Part shown: positions 13,041 through 26,269 of the stretch, in pieces
How positions within the stretch are numbered: position 1 is the stretch's first letter
Layout: the number at the start of each line of letters is the position of its first letter
NCBI RefSeq assembly: GCF_000485595.1
Contig: NW_014577076.1
Coordinates: 533,674 to 597,673, forward strand
DNA from: Priapulus caudatus
Taxonomy: Eukaryota
DNA length: 64,000 nt
Reading direction: 5' to 3'
The notes under the pieces: model-generated
What the model saw: only the letters and a program-made list of their open reading frames with translations
The model's database searches: none
Told to the model about the DNA's origin: nothing
Made by a program: the position numbers and the translations under genes

Positions 13041-13244
13041 TCATGATTTTGGTTTAGGGTTACCATCCTTCTTATTTGCCTCCATGTTTTGCAGCTTTGT
13101 GGTGATTTTACGTGTATGGCCGCTTGTATCGTGCTGGTTCGTATGTTGTTCGGCTTCTTTCTTGGTTCTGCCTTTTCCTCCAGATGACTTCATGAACTTG
13201 TCTGCCTCGTAGTTATACTCGTCATATTCAGCCTGTGGATCCAT
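13041..13244 (-). CDS. NUPR1: Nuclear protein 1 (p8/NUPR1 family), 67 aa, single coding exon
   Basis: ORF MDPQAEYDEYNY...SGGKGRTKKEAEQHTNQHDTSGHTRKITTKLQNME matches the p8 signature (GGKGRTKrEA..nTN...GH.RK..tKLqN). A candidate AATAAA lies on the minus strand at 12148-12153. Confidence 0.9.
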   Translation of the reverse strand: MDPQAEYDEYNYEADKFMKSSGGKGRTKKEAEQHTNQHDTSGHTRKITTKLQNMEANKKDGNPKPKS

Positions 13245-13626
13245 AGTTTCGTATGGTATATTGAATAGCAGCAGACACTAGTACTTGTAGTGAACGGTAG
13301 CGTTGTTGTGATACTGATACTAGTCTAGGTCGTGACACACTTAAACATGAACAGCTGCTACCTACGCACTCGGGTATTGATAACACGTGGCAGGCGAGTT
13401 TCCCCCATAATCCACCGCGAAACACAAGATCGTATCTCGGGTATGGGGCGCCAAGTGTCGCATGACTGATTTCGTTACGAAATCAATTTTCCTCCTTCAG
13501 GGCGTGTCCCCTTATTGTTTAGGGGGGGGGGGTCCGGGGATTTTGTTGAAAGTAACACCTCTTCGATGCAATTTCCTGCACTATGAGGCAGCACTATTAA
13601 ACAATCTTCATCACAATAACATCACT

Positions 13627-14189
13627 CATGGTTCGCACAGTCCTTGAAAAATCCTTGAATTTGAAGGGAGTCCTTGAAAGGTACTCCAAGAATTTAGTAA
13701 ATGTTGATTTTGTGCTTGAAAAGTCCTTGAATTTCATGAAAATGTCCTTGAATTTAGTAAATGTTGATTTTGTGCTTGAAAAGTCCTTGAATTTCATGAA
13801 AATGTCCTTGAATTTTTAGAAAGCATCCTTGCCTGTAATAATAAAAAGAAATTTTGTACCATCAATAATGTGCAAACCTCAATAAAAATTGTGTTAAATG
13901 AGCTTGAAAAGCTATAGACACGATAGACAGTTAAACGATTATCACAAATACAGTAAGTCAGTAAAATCAGTCAGTAAATCAAGGTATGTTGTAGAAGTGA
14001 CAGTGTATAGAAGGGTTTATTAATGTGATCCAGGTAAGTTTTAGAGGTGACAGTGATTAAGAATGGGGTTATTAAATTAATCCAGGTATGTTTTGTTCTG
14101 TGTATGAATTCCGATAAAACGTCCTTGAATTTCTGATAAAATGTCCTTGAAAAGTCCTTGAAATTTTTTCCAGTCTTGTTTGAACCATG
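13627..14189. mobile_element. MITE (CATGGTTC TIR) with TCCTTGAA subterminal repeats and 5-bp TSD TCACT
   Basis: TIR pair, TCACT on both flanks, and an internal 60-bp tandem duplication. Confidence 0.7.
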
Positions 14190-16247
14190 TCACTGTTGAG
14201 TTGAGTATTTTTACCTTTGGGGACACCAAAGACTAAAATACTTACTACCAAATCTGTGCTGTGTACATGTCCTCACTGGGGTTACCAGTGCAGACTTACC
14301 TAGGCTAAAATACCTTTGCCCTGAAAATTCTAGGGGGGGGCGACCGCCCCGTGCTACCGACCCCCCCCCCCCGTTGACAACTACAGCACTGGAATCATCT
14401 CCCACTGAAATTTTGATAAAACGTATATTTTACTGAGAACGTTAAAACTGCAAAAAAATATATGAGAAAAACAACCAGATTTGAACCAAAAAGTGCATAT
14501 TTGCACCCCTTATACAAAATCGGGAATATACTTCCGGTCATGTATGTGAACACATTTGGGACTAACAGGGTTTACTAGAATCCCACCACTCCACCACAGA
14601 GTCACCGCAGTAGACGTTAGATGAGCGCTGTCGCTATGCGGCACTTGTTTACAATTAATGGGCCGGATTTTGTCGCGCGAAAAATACCCCTTTACCGGAG
14701 CTTTTGGGAACGCGCATGCGGTCCCTCCGACCTCGGAGTGGGGGGGCCCGTGACAACATGTCTTCAAAGCTGAAGCTAATTTGCAACATCCTATAATTCC
14801 CTTGACATGTGTTAATTCCCGTATCGACATGCCTTAGTTTCTAGCTGTTTACTTTTGATAATCTCTACACAGTCGTGTTGAGTTTACACAGCTTGATGTA
14901 TATATACCTCCGAACTAATAGAGTTTATTCGTGCATTTGGACTGCTTACAACACGTGATTTGACTCGAATTAGCAATTGGGAATGGATTGTCCATTTTCC
15001 CAGCATGCCTTCTGCGATTCCTAGGAAAAACCCTGAATTATTTTTGCACATAAAGAGAACATAAATGTAGTGGATTACAGAAAATTTGACAATTTGTTTT
15101 GTTTTATTTTACAGAAAACGGCTCTCGCTGCGTGATCAAGACGGAGAACTTCACTACTGTTAACCTCATGGAAATATTAAATAGGGTTATTGCACAAAAC
15201 ACCTTAGAGAAGCCTAATTCACTAGAAACAGCAAGCAAGTAGCGTAATTAAAGCAGCGTTCACAGACCTTATGATCAGTAAAAGGAATTACTTGTTGGGA
15301 TTTCTGTAACCCTAATGTCATACTGAATATAGTGATGAATATCATGTCATGTGACAAAACACACAGGTTTGGAAGTCGGTGACTGCTCATGCGATATGTT
15401 AAAAACTAGTTGGCTCTTTGTACTGTATACACCTGCATGTATTCAAACAGCTAATAGGTAACCGTATACAAGCATTAATTATGAGCTGTGAATTACAGAG
15501 GGACATTGATATGGTCATGTAACATATTGGTATGCCCTATGGACACTGCAGCACCATGAAGAATTCAGATGTTTGACAATGTGAATTGAAACTTTGTATT
15601 TTAAACGTGTATTCTACATTGTCAACAGTGTAATACATTTGTAAATATGCAGTATGTAGCAGATTTCTGAATACAGTTTCTTGAATTACATGATATTAGT
15701 CAGTTGAGTTTATTATAATGTACGCATATTGTTTTTAGCTCAGCTACGTTGTCATCAAGAGGCCATAATTCTATGGTATAGTGTTGTATAGTATTGTGCT
15801 CCTGATGTCATCAAGTTCAGACTATAATGCCATTGTGTGTGGCCATGAAGAAGCTAGAACTATGCAGACGACAGACAACATAGCCTAGGAACTTCAGAGA
15901 CCCATTAATCAAGTCATGACTAATTATATGCACTATTGTTACTCAACCAGTGGCGTAGACAGGTCCTCATTTGTGGGGGGGGGGAGATTTTGCTGTTACT
16001 TCCATCGCAATGTATATGAAGAGTGGATTTTAGCAATTTAGAACCTTAAAGATGGCCGTTTTTGAGGGAATTGAAAAAAATTGATATTGTAAGTGCAATT
16101 TTGTGAATTCTAGGGTAATTTTTTTCTTTGGATCCCAGAGGTTTAATAACACGCACCCCCTTCACACATACACACAACCAGTGGCGGATCCAGAAGTGAA
16201 TTCTAGTGTGGGGGGGGGGGGGGGGGGGGGGGGGGGGNNNNNNNNNN

Positions 16248-16895
16248 CAAAACCATCTTGGACGTGAGGTAACAGATGCCCTCATCGGACTACATTGCTT
16301 CACAGGATGTGATTCGGTGAGCTCCTTCTACGGCAAGTCAAAGAAAAAAGCCATGAAAATGATGCGTGAATCTACAGACTTTCAAGAAGCATTCAAACAG
16401 CTTGGAAGCTCATTCACCATAGACACTAGTCTGGTAGATGCACTTGAGAGATTTGTTTGTAAGTTTTATGATCAAGATTGCTCTGATGTAAATACAGCTC
16501 GATACAACAAATTTCTGATGGGTACAAAGGCTGAGATGAGCATGCTCCCTTCACGTGACTCTTTGATGAAACATCTTATGAGAGCTAACTACCAAGCAGC
16601 AATACATGTAAGATGTCTGGAGCAGTTTCCAGCCATTCCCAGCCCACATGGTCATGGCTGGAAAGTTACCAACAACACAGACTTGGAGGTAGTATGGGGT
16701 GACCTTCCACCAGCGCCAAGTACTCTGCTAGAGCTTACCAACTGCAGTCGCAAGAAGACAAACTGTGAAGAACCCAAAGGAGAAGGAAAGGGTCGTTGCT
16801 CTTGTAGACAGCACAATGTAAACTGCACAGATTTATGCAAGTGCATTGATTGCAAAAATTCGGCTTGCACAGAAAATGATAGCGATGGCTTTTAG
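16248..16895 (+). mobile_element. C-terminal fragment of an AcademX-like transposase (XPG/FEN1-like H3TH region plus Cys-rich finger); 5' part lost in an N-gap
   Basis: Motifs ALIGLHCFTGCDSVSSFYGK, RYNKF...MLPSRDSLMKHLMRANYQAAI, P..HGW, and C-terminal CSRKKTNC...CSCRQHNVNCTDLCKCIDCKN. The XPG-nuclease plus Cys8 finger layout is the one described for Academ transposases. One expected Cys appears as Arg (CSRKK). Confidence 0.65.
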
Positions 16896-17032
16896 AAGAC
16901 TTGGAGAATGAAGATGACATTTAGTTTATTGAAATCTCGCTGCTCTTCTCTGAAGAAATGTTAGCTGAAATTGTATTCCACTAAATCCACTCACTTTACT
17001 TGTGCATGCATGCATACACTTGGCACATTTAA

Positions 17033-17172
17033 CCCATTGACGCGGAAAACAAAAAGTTTTTATGAGGAGCCAAATTTTTATTTTATTTTATCATTCAAAT
17101 TGGCAACATATTTAAAAAACAACTTATAATAATAGGTTTGGCGATAATTATGCCGAGTTTGGCGTCAATGGG
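17033..17172. mobile_element. piggyBac-like MITE
   Basis: TTAA|CCCATTGACGC ... GCGTCAATGGG|TTAA. Confidence 0.75.
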
Positions 17173-17461
17173 TTAAGAAAAGTGAATTCCAAAATGGGTT
17201 TCTCTGTCCCCGTTTCTCAAATTGTTTTTGTTTTAAGTAGAGGGTTTATTGCAAACAAGGGATGTACATCTCAAAATTTAAACTGCCAGAAGATATGATT
17301 CCTGTACATCAATATGTTTCAGCTTCTGTATGTATTGCATACTATCAAGAGCATATAAAGAAGGTTATTATACGCTCTTGATACTATATTAGCTTGAAGA
17401 GATCAAACATTGTTTCGATTGGAAAAACGAAGAAATACTGTTTTGTTATAAATTATTTTAT

Positions 17462-18196
17462 CAAGAGCGTATAAAAAAGGAGAGCGTACAACGGTAAAAT
17501 GCTGAAACCATGCTGCAGTATTAGTCGAATTAATAAACTTTTCCCGTTTTATTTTGACGATCCTTTGCAGTATTATTGATCAGCTGTCCTACCTTGTTCA
17601 TATAAAACAAACCGCATGTCCCAACGATGCCCCTACGCTGAGATAATGAGCGGTGAAAATCTGGTATTTTCGCCGAAAACCGACTCGAGATCAGTCAATA
17701 CTGCGTCCCTCACTCGAAGTGTTTCCAGTGTGTTGATCCTGGTCGCCGCTGTGTAGCGCCATAGTGGCGCTGACTCACGTAATACTACAGGTTTACTATT
17801 ACATCCAGCCGTGGGTGGGCGTGAGGTGGCACAGAGTGTGGGGGTCCATCACTTATGGCAATCAATAACAGACGTCAATTCATTCCATTTGTCAATCATT
17901 GACGGAAACACGCCGGGTTTACGCCGAAGTTATAACACTTCGAGTGAGGGACGCAGTATTGACTGATCTCGAGTCGGTTTTCGGCGAAAATACCAGATTT
18001 TCACCGTCATTATCTCAGCGCTATGTGCATCGTAGGGACATGCGGTTTGTTTTATATGAACAAAGTAGGACAGCTGATCAATTAATACTGCAAAAGAATC
18101 GTCAAAATAAACGGAAAAGTATTATTAATTCGACTAATACTGCAACATGGTTTCAGCATTTTACCATTGTATGCTCTCCTTCTTTATCTGCTCTTG
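17462..18196. mobile_element. Full-length P-like foldback MITE (CAAGAG...CTCTTG) with ~260-bp arms
   Basis: Arms 17462-17724 and 17934-18196; flanks ATTTTAT/ATATTAT (6/7 match); same termini as the micro-palindromes at 5028, 17346 and 54180. Confidence 0.8.
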
Positions 18197-19890
18197 ATAT
18201 TATGTATATATGTAGGTACACTGTATTGGGAAATATGCACAGCCTATGCAAATTATATTATGTACTTGTATTGGGAAATACGCACAGCATTATGCACTGT
18301 ATGTTAGAAGTTTATGTTGTACATTTTTTACTGCATTACGTAGCAGTTACATTTGTGTATCATTTATTGGTTATATTAATAATTGAACTAATTACTAGCA
18401 ACGGTGGTAGTGCTAAGAGCCTTTCATGAAGTATTTTGTATAGCATCACGGCAGCCTATGTTGCCAGGTTCTCTGTGCCTTGCACACACATAGCGCCTAT
18501 GGTTACGCAGATCAATATCAAAATATCAAGTAAACATTACGAACGAATTCGAAATAAAGGAGGAAGCTTAAATACTTGCCTTAAAAGTCTTGGTTCTTTG
18601 GGTCTATTTCAACCTTACTCATTGCTTATGCTCAAATGCTTATCTTCAAATGCTTATCTGTGGTGCAATATTTATTTAAATATAGAGTTTTTGATAAGGT
18701 AAATTGCAAAATAATGCTGTACGGTCCATTTCCTTGATTTTAAAGTGGCTATACATTGTCCATATCAGCACAAATTATGCAAGTATATAGTAACACTAAC
18801 AGGGTTAGAAATGAACTATCACCAAGCAGCAAGTACGTGCTGCCAGAGAAAAAAATGAGGCAACAACCTTACTCATTCAGGCAGATAGCAGTTCCATGCC
18901 CTCCCATCCCAACAGTACTGGTCTGGTGCCTCTGTTGATAATGCGCCAGTCACACAATGACATACACGACGCACGGCCCGCGCACTGAAAAATTAGCAAT
19001 TTTGGCCAGTGCGTTGTCTTTCGCTGGGTGTGCGTCAGCATTCGTTACTCGTTCGTCGAGCGCGCTGGACCAACGCTATTCATTCGTTGTCATTTGCTGT
19101 GTGCGTCGGGATTTTTGAACATGCAAAAAAATGTGCGCGGAGCTCGACGCATGAATGTACACGCCAGATGGACGCCAGACACGCGCAGGGCGCGCTGGAC
19201 CAACGCCAGACACACGCGGAGCACACGCTGGGTATTCGTTGTATGTTCGTCGGCTGAGGTGTAGCGAACACCTAGCGCTCACCTAGCGTGCTTCTAAGTT
19301 CTAACACACGTCCAGTGAACATGCAGCGAATATGGGAGTGCTGAACGAGTCTGTAGCGCGCCCAGCGTTCTTCTAGCGTGTTCCAAGCGTGTACGCAGCG
19401 TGTAGCCATGGGGTATATAAACGGGTCGCGCCCCACCTCCTCATCATCACTTCTCCTCCGACCCTCATGGGTGATATTCACTAGTGTTCTCCAGGGAAAG
19501 CCTAGCTATAAAATGAATGTCTATTGAGCCAAGCGCAGATGATCTACGAAACTTGACTTGTTCCAGATAAATTTATTTGCTATATATACTGCCAACTGGT
19601 GTCTTACCAAAGCAATTGCGGAAGTGGTGGGCGACAGTTTCGCATTTCATGTGATGGTTTCTTCATACATCTGTATTTTTACGTGTATTTGCTTGTGTGT
19701 ATTTTTTCTGCATACAACACATTTTTTTTATAGTATAGGGAGTCCACGAATTTTAATCGTACTTGGTTTCGAAATTTAATTTTGTAGCAAGAATTAGGCA
19801 GGATTTGTTACATACATGTAGCAGTTCGGCGTTTGTACATAGCTGTATGGGTAACAGATATTGATTAATATAAATAGTAAGCTTGATGTT

Positions 19891-20850
19891 TTATTGTATC
19901 CCCTGCGCCAGAAGTCGGCGGGGATACTATGGTTTCATGTCTGTCCAGCCGCTTGCCGCCCCCGCCCCAGACACTTTTCCTTCCGCTCTATAACTCGACC
20001 CTTAATTGACCTAGCACGACCAAACTTGGTATACTTGCACATCTTGGGGAGAAGGTGTGTCGCGTACCAAAACCAGGTCACTGCGACCTTTATTTGACCT
20101 TGATCTTGATCATATTTCCCTTCCGCTCTATAACTCGGCCCCTAATTGACCTAGCGCAACCAAACTTGGTATACTTACACATCTTGGGGAGAAGGTGTGT
20201 CGCGCACTAAAACCAGGTCACTGCGACTTATATTTGACCTTGACCTTGATCATATTTTCCTTCTGCTCTATAACTCTGCCTCTAATTGACCTAGCGTGAC
20301 CAAACTTGGTATACTTACACATCTTTCGGAGAAAGTGTGTCGCGTACCAAAACCAGGTCACTGCGACCTTTATTTGACCTTGACCTTGACCTTGATCATA
20401 TTTCCTTTACGCTCTATAAATCAGCCCCATAATTGACCTAGCACAACCAGACTTGGTATACTAATTACTTACACGTCTGAGAGAGAAAGTGCGCATTGGC
20501 ACCTGTCTTTGACCTTCACTCTGGACTTGAAGATAATCTCTCTGACTTTTAGTTTACCCCTAATCAACATAGCAGATTTGTGCGAAAATACAGTAAGATT
20601 CTTTTTATAGTGTGTTTTTACCACTGACATAGTTTAATTGACCTTGACTGTGGACTTAGTTTTTCTCTTCAGCTCCCTATGGTAACCAAATTTGACATAC
20701 TTGCACATCTGAGGCAGATGAGTTGTTTAACTAACCTTTGTCATTGTGACTTGTTTCACTTTACCTACCTTATACGTCCTTACGGAGATATTTCATTCAT
20801 ACTAGATTGCGGGGGATACATGTAGTTGGCGACAACTGCCATTTCTAGTT
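19891..20850 (+). mobile_element. HINE/Helentron-associated element with ~140-bp internal tandem repeats
   Basis: 5' subterminal IR gtatcccc...ggggatac, 3' gcgggggatac plus hairpin and ctagtt, T-rich flanks, and about 4 copies of a ttccgctctataactc...gaccttgacc unit. Confidence 0.65.
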
Positions 20851-22320
20851 TTAGTGGTAATTAACTAGTTTCTTACGCCATAATGTTATAGCAGTCATAA
20901 CGAAGATCTGGATTTATGTGTCTATCTGTTACAAACGTTGACATCATGTCATACTAGTTGTTTTCCCAAAAACATGTATAGCTGTGCTCCCATACAGTAC
21001 GTGATTTGTTGGGACAGATAGGCAAAGCTAGAGTACTGTTCCCTATATAAACTGATTGCAAAACAATTAAGCTTAATTAATAGCAATCAAAATCAAGCAA
21101 ATCTAATGTAGGATTGTGTACCTCTCGCTACCTATGTATAGTTGTCTCTGCCTTCTGTCTATCTATAGTTGTCTATAGACACACCTGTGGTGGAGTGAAG
21201 GGCCTCATAAGTAGGTACAATGGGCATGTTGCTTTGATATAAACCATGGAAATGTTGAATGTTGAAATGTTGGATATATATGTTTAAACTCAGACCATCG
21301 CCATTTTTATTTTTATTTTGATATCAACCACAGATACCATTGCCAAATAAAAATTGTTTGGAAACCAAGGCTAATAAAAAGTAAAAGATATAAAGCTTCA
21401 GCGCGCTGGCCGTTGCTTGTGGAAATCATGGTCTTGTGGCATCAGTCTAGCTGCATGGAAGGAAAAATTAGTTTATCACTTCATAAATTATTTGAAACTT
21501 TGTTTTCCTGTGCAATTTGTAATTTGCCTCCCGAATTCTGTGATGCGCGCTGGAATGCAGGATGACACTTACGCAGAAATAACTAATAATAAATGGATAC
21601 ATTATTGAGGTTGCACTGCATATTTAATGCAACATGTGACAAAAGTAATCAGTTGGCTATGGATGTTGATAGTGTATTGTATATATATGATAATACCAGG
21701 AGTCTATCAATATTGATAGACTCCTGATAATACTATCAAACCTGTAGGGTTGATAAAGGTGGTTTGGCAGGGTTTGAAGTCTGTATACTTTTTCTCTATC
21801 ATTCTGTGATTTCAATTTGTTGTAAATTGTAATTCCTTTTTACTAATAAAAAACTAGAACAATCACAACATTGCTTACAGGAAGTGAGAATAGTTAGTGT
21901 ATTTTTACACCTCTCTTGAGTCATGGACCTGTTTAAGAATCTAGTGAAAACTACAGACCCCTCCCCAGAAAAGTGGACATAAGTACAAAACACAAAATTT
22001 TGCATACAATGGAGTTCACGGACCTCCTGAAGCCTATTCACGGACACCAAAGGGGTCCATGGACCAAGCCAAGTACAGTTTCTATACTGCACCATATGGA
22101 TGTACTCTGGGTATAACATATATAGGATCCTTGCTCTTTTATTTGGCATACTTTATGACCTTTATTGTGATGTATCCAACAGCAAGTGCAATGTAGGTGC
22201 GGTTACGGATCCCTGCGAACTGCTAAGCTGCTTAGTTATCGTGTCTGAGTGCCTTGCTGCTGCTAAGTTCAAGTAATGATGTAAATGATTGTATCGAAAA
22301 TAGTATTGCGTTTGTGTGTC

Positions 22321-22410
22321 AAATGGTATGGTATCGAATCCTTTCGTGTGTGAAATGATATGGTATCGAATCCTTTCGTGTGTAAAATGGTATGGTATCG
22401 AATCCTTTCG
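22321..22410 (+). repeat. ~31-bp minisatellite, 3 copies
   Basis: aaatggtatggtatcgaatcctttcgtgtgt repeated. Confidence 0.8.
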
Positions 22411-23691
22411 GCTAAATGTGCACGCAGTTATATTAAAATCAATTAGGTCACACAGCTTACGGTAGGTCTATTGAACGGTGAGCTCATCGTGAGTGAATGA
22501 CTCAGCTAATCGGGTAGGTTTGTTCAGCACTCGGCTGTGGTTTACACTATACAGCATTGAGCAATACCCTGCGTTATGGTAGGAATGCATCGTTGAAAAA
22601 TGAGGGCATTCTATAACGTGAAACCCGTTTTCCCATTAATTTCCAGTTTTGTAATTAGAATAGATATGCGTGTTCCTTCAGAAATTCCTTCAACCGAAGT
22701 AAAATATGAACGTGTGTGAATGAAAGTAAACGTTTTAAACAAAAATATTACTTATTCGGGGTGTTATAACAGCCAGCAATGATGTTCGGTGTTGTGTGAG
22801 GTGTAGGTATAAATGCATATATGCCTGCTTGGTTATCAGCACGCAAATGCTTCATGAAATCTGCACCAAATGATTTGTAATTTCGATGGTTTTTTTCTGC
22901 ATAACGACGCTTCATAAAGCATTTCTATAAAGGCGAATTTACAAGGCATATCTAGAATGGTGACAATTTATGAACTCCCTATAGGCGAATTTATGCAAGA
23001 TGATTTCCTACTTATTTTGTAGGGTGTTTCTGCCCGCGTGCTTCCGTGGTACACTTAGACACAGGCAGTCAGTTCCTACTCTATTTTGCCTGGATTGGTA
23101 AACTACTTGTGTACGAAACTATTCAGAATATATATATTCAAAGGGCCTGTTTTTAGGAATTCTATACTGCTTAAGCCTATATCTGAAAATTGGTGTTCAG
23201 GTGCCACTAATGCGAGCAGTGAATATTAGAGGTGAGTCAATGTGAAATTAGATGTGGCAGGACTGGCGGAAGCTGCACGGGGGGAGGGGTCCTACTCCGT
23301 GAAATATGTGGTACCCCCACCTTTGTCTGCAAAAATGTTTATATAAAATCAAAACTTGTCTAAGTTATATTAATTACGATAGATTGTTAGGGAGTAAGCA
23401 GTACTGCAAAACCAGTACTTACATTAAGAGGATGGTGTCAGATTTACAATGATAGGGCAACATTTTGATGGGTCTGAATTTCTATAAACAGAGCAATTTC
23501 CTCCTATATCAGTAAGTGATCTTTTTAAATAACTTGAAAAGATGAAGATTTTTTCCACAAGTCAACGAATGTATATGCTGTTTGACAAAAAAGAATACCA
23601 CACATTTTACTTGTTGTGTACGTGATCGCTCTAACGAGGAATTGGTTGATCCGCTTTAGTGTTTTTTGAACACTCAATATCAGTTGTGTTA

Positions 23692-24067
23692 AGGGCCGGG
23701 ACACACCAGGCGATGGCATCGGCCGATGGCATCGGCGTGAAAATCGCCTGGTGTGTCCACTCAATCGCCGCCGATTTCATCGCCCGATGCCATCGCACAG
23801 ATCAAAACGTTTTGATATTATCGCCCGATGCAATCGCCTGGTGTGTCCGCGACCGGCGATAACATCGCCCGATTTTACAATTCATCAGCCAATCAGAGTT
23901 CATCAGCCAAGCGCACTGCGCGTGCAAGAATCGGGCGATGCCATCGCCCGATGCAATCGCCTGGTGTGTCCATGACTGCGCGATGCCATCGCCCGATGCA
24001 ATCGCCTGGTGTGTCCATGACTGCGCGATGCCATCGCCCGATGCAATCGCCTGGTGTGTCCGGCCCT
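23692..24067. mobile_element. PIF/Harbinger-like MITE with TTA TSD and internal 45-bp tandem repeats
   Basis: TTA|AGGGCCGG(G)ACACACCAGGCGAT ... ATCGCCTGGTGTGTCCGGCCCT|TTA. Confidence 0.75.
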
Positions 24068-25232
24068 TTAACGTTACAGTGCAATTTTAGTTATCACGTA
24101 TACAAAAAGATTACAATTTGACTTGATTGTATCCCAACTAAGTAAATATTGAACTTCGCTTAAATATAAGGAGGCTACGCCTGTGTCGGTTGATACTATA
24201 TAGTAAGTAATATATCTTCAAAGGGATTATTAAGCAAATCCTCAATGATTTTTCGTTTGCAATTTAATCCGAGCCGTTTCAGATGTGTGTAGAGAGCTAG
24301 CCAGTGTCCCTGCATGGCTGTAGTATTCATTGGAAAAATTACTATGAGAATCCTATTATTTCTAGATCTAGCTTCTTATTGTCACATTGCCTAATTGCGA
24401 GGGTAACATAGAGTATTGGACCGGGGAGGGGACTGAGAAAATCAACGTCCAGTCTCAGATAACATTGATTCTCAAGCAACAAGTTAGTAATTGTATTATT
24501 ATATATAGGAAATGCCATTTACACCTACAGGGAGGGAATAGATGTGTTCATCACATTATGGGTATTTTTACTACCTGTGAATTTTAAAAGATTTGATATT
24601 ACTGCCCTTGGTTGAAACCATACATGTGCTGATCAGACGTGTGGCGGCCATCAGTGGCAAGAAACAGTTTATGCTAGGTGACAGCACCTCGCAGCGGGCG
24701 GCATGTGATTTTCTCTGCTAAAATTACAATTCGGTAGTGTTTACAATCAGATAACAAATATTATACAATAATTGTTTTTGTTTGTTAATGTTGTAATTGT
24801 AAAACAGAACAGACAGAATTCCATTTATTAGCATTACTCCACCTGTGATTTAATTATAATAGGTAACTAAATGAGCATGAAGCCAAAAGTTAACTCAAAC
24901 ATTTAATCTGGCTTTTCCCTAATCGTTTTTCTATGCGTTACCACAATCTAGAGAGGTTATAGATCGTGGAGAGAGAATCTAAGCCATTCTGATGAACTAT
25001 GGCCTCATCATTACTCAAAAAACCGAGAGTGATATATGTTCTATTATATGGAAAACATTATTATGTTCGACAGGAAATTTAAGAACCTTTATTTGTCACA
25101 CATCATGGCAGTCATTGGTGGCAAGAACCTGTTTATGCTTGATGGCAGTGCTGCTCTGTGGGCAATTTTTGTTTTTATTTTATGGCATGTGACATGCTTT
25201 GCACAAATTATAATGCATATTATAATGCATCA

Positions 25233-26187
25233 TTAGCTCACATTGACATCGTCAAGATGAGCTATTGCCATGGTGTGTCGTCCGTCGCACGTCCGTCCGC
25301 CCGTCAACATTTGGCTACGGTCAACAATAACTTGAGAACCGTTTGACCCACATGTTTCAAATTGCATACTGTTGTTACTCCTATGGGAGAGATGTGAACC
25401 TCCTATTTTGGAGCACGCCAGTTGACCTACTTTCGATCCACGCCCACTTTTTGACAAAAATGGAAATGTTCATAAGTCAGTTCAGGTTCAACGGATTTTG
25501 CTCATTTTTGGTATGTGAATGAATAAGGGCTGGCTCCAAAACATATCACTGGAGTTTTGATATTTTTTATAAAAATTATGCAAATTAGGTAGATTTTGGC
25601 AGTTTCACTATGCATTTAAGTGTCTGCCTACGGTCAACGATAACTGTTGTTACTCCTATGGGAGAGATTTGAACGTCCTATTTTGGAGCATGCCAGACGA
25701 CCTACTTTCGAGCCACGCCCACTTTTTGGCAAAAATGAAAATGGCCATCTAGATTCATTCGATTTTGTTAAATTTACCTACTTACCTAACCTACCTAACC
25801 TACCTACCTACCTACCTACCTACCTACCTACCTACCTACCTACCTACCTACCTAATCATACCTAGGTGTAATATTGTGTTTTAGAATCTTCGTTACAGTA
25901 ATTTGACTGGAATAGTTTATTGCTTTTATTTGCGCGATAATCGAAAACCAAAATGGCGATCATTTAGGCGTAGCGCCATCTCTCGCCCAGATTTCAGACT
26001 TTCAGATCTAACATTTAAGATCAGAACTAACCCTGAAACAAAACGGTGAAATTTCTATTAGTATAAAACGGGGAGTAAGGACATTTGATCACATTTCGGT
26101 CTGTCATAAATGAAACACTTGCCAAATTTTAAATATCATCTCCCTCTTCTATCACATGCAAGGTGAGCTATAGTGTCATTGACACTT
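25233..26187 (+). mobile_element. HINE/Helentron-associated element with an internal (CCTA)n tract
   Basis: 5' ttagctcac...atgagcta plus (CCGT)-like repeats; 3' ggtgagcta plus the hairpin agtgtcattgacact followed by a T-run. Confidence 0.7.
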
Positions 26188-26269
26188 TTATTTTTATAGC
26201 CACAACATGCATCTCCAACCACCATCATACCAACACTCAATTGTTCTGTTTTGCAGATAGCATTTTCCA

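Noticed and set aside
15115..15242. Strong acceptor (ttgttttatttttacag) followed by a short open frame ENGSRCVIKTENFTTVNL…
   Set aside because: No clear donor or confident homology; it cannot be assigned to a gene from sequence alone.
17899..18429. 176-aa ORF
   Set aside because: Runs through the right arm of a foldback MITE; non-ATG start and no protein motif.
23692..24067. Regularly spaced repeats resembling a CRISPR array (also 19975-20480 and 22321-22410)
   Set aside because: Eukaryotic context, no unique spacers and no cas genes; these are tandem units, mostly inside transposons.
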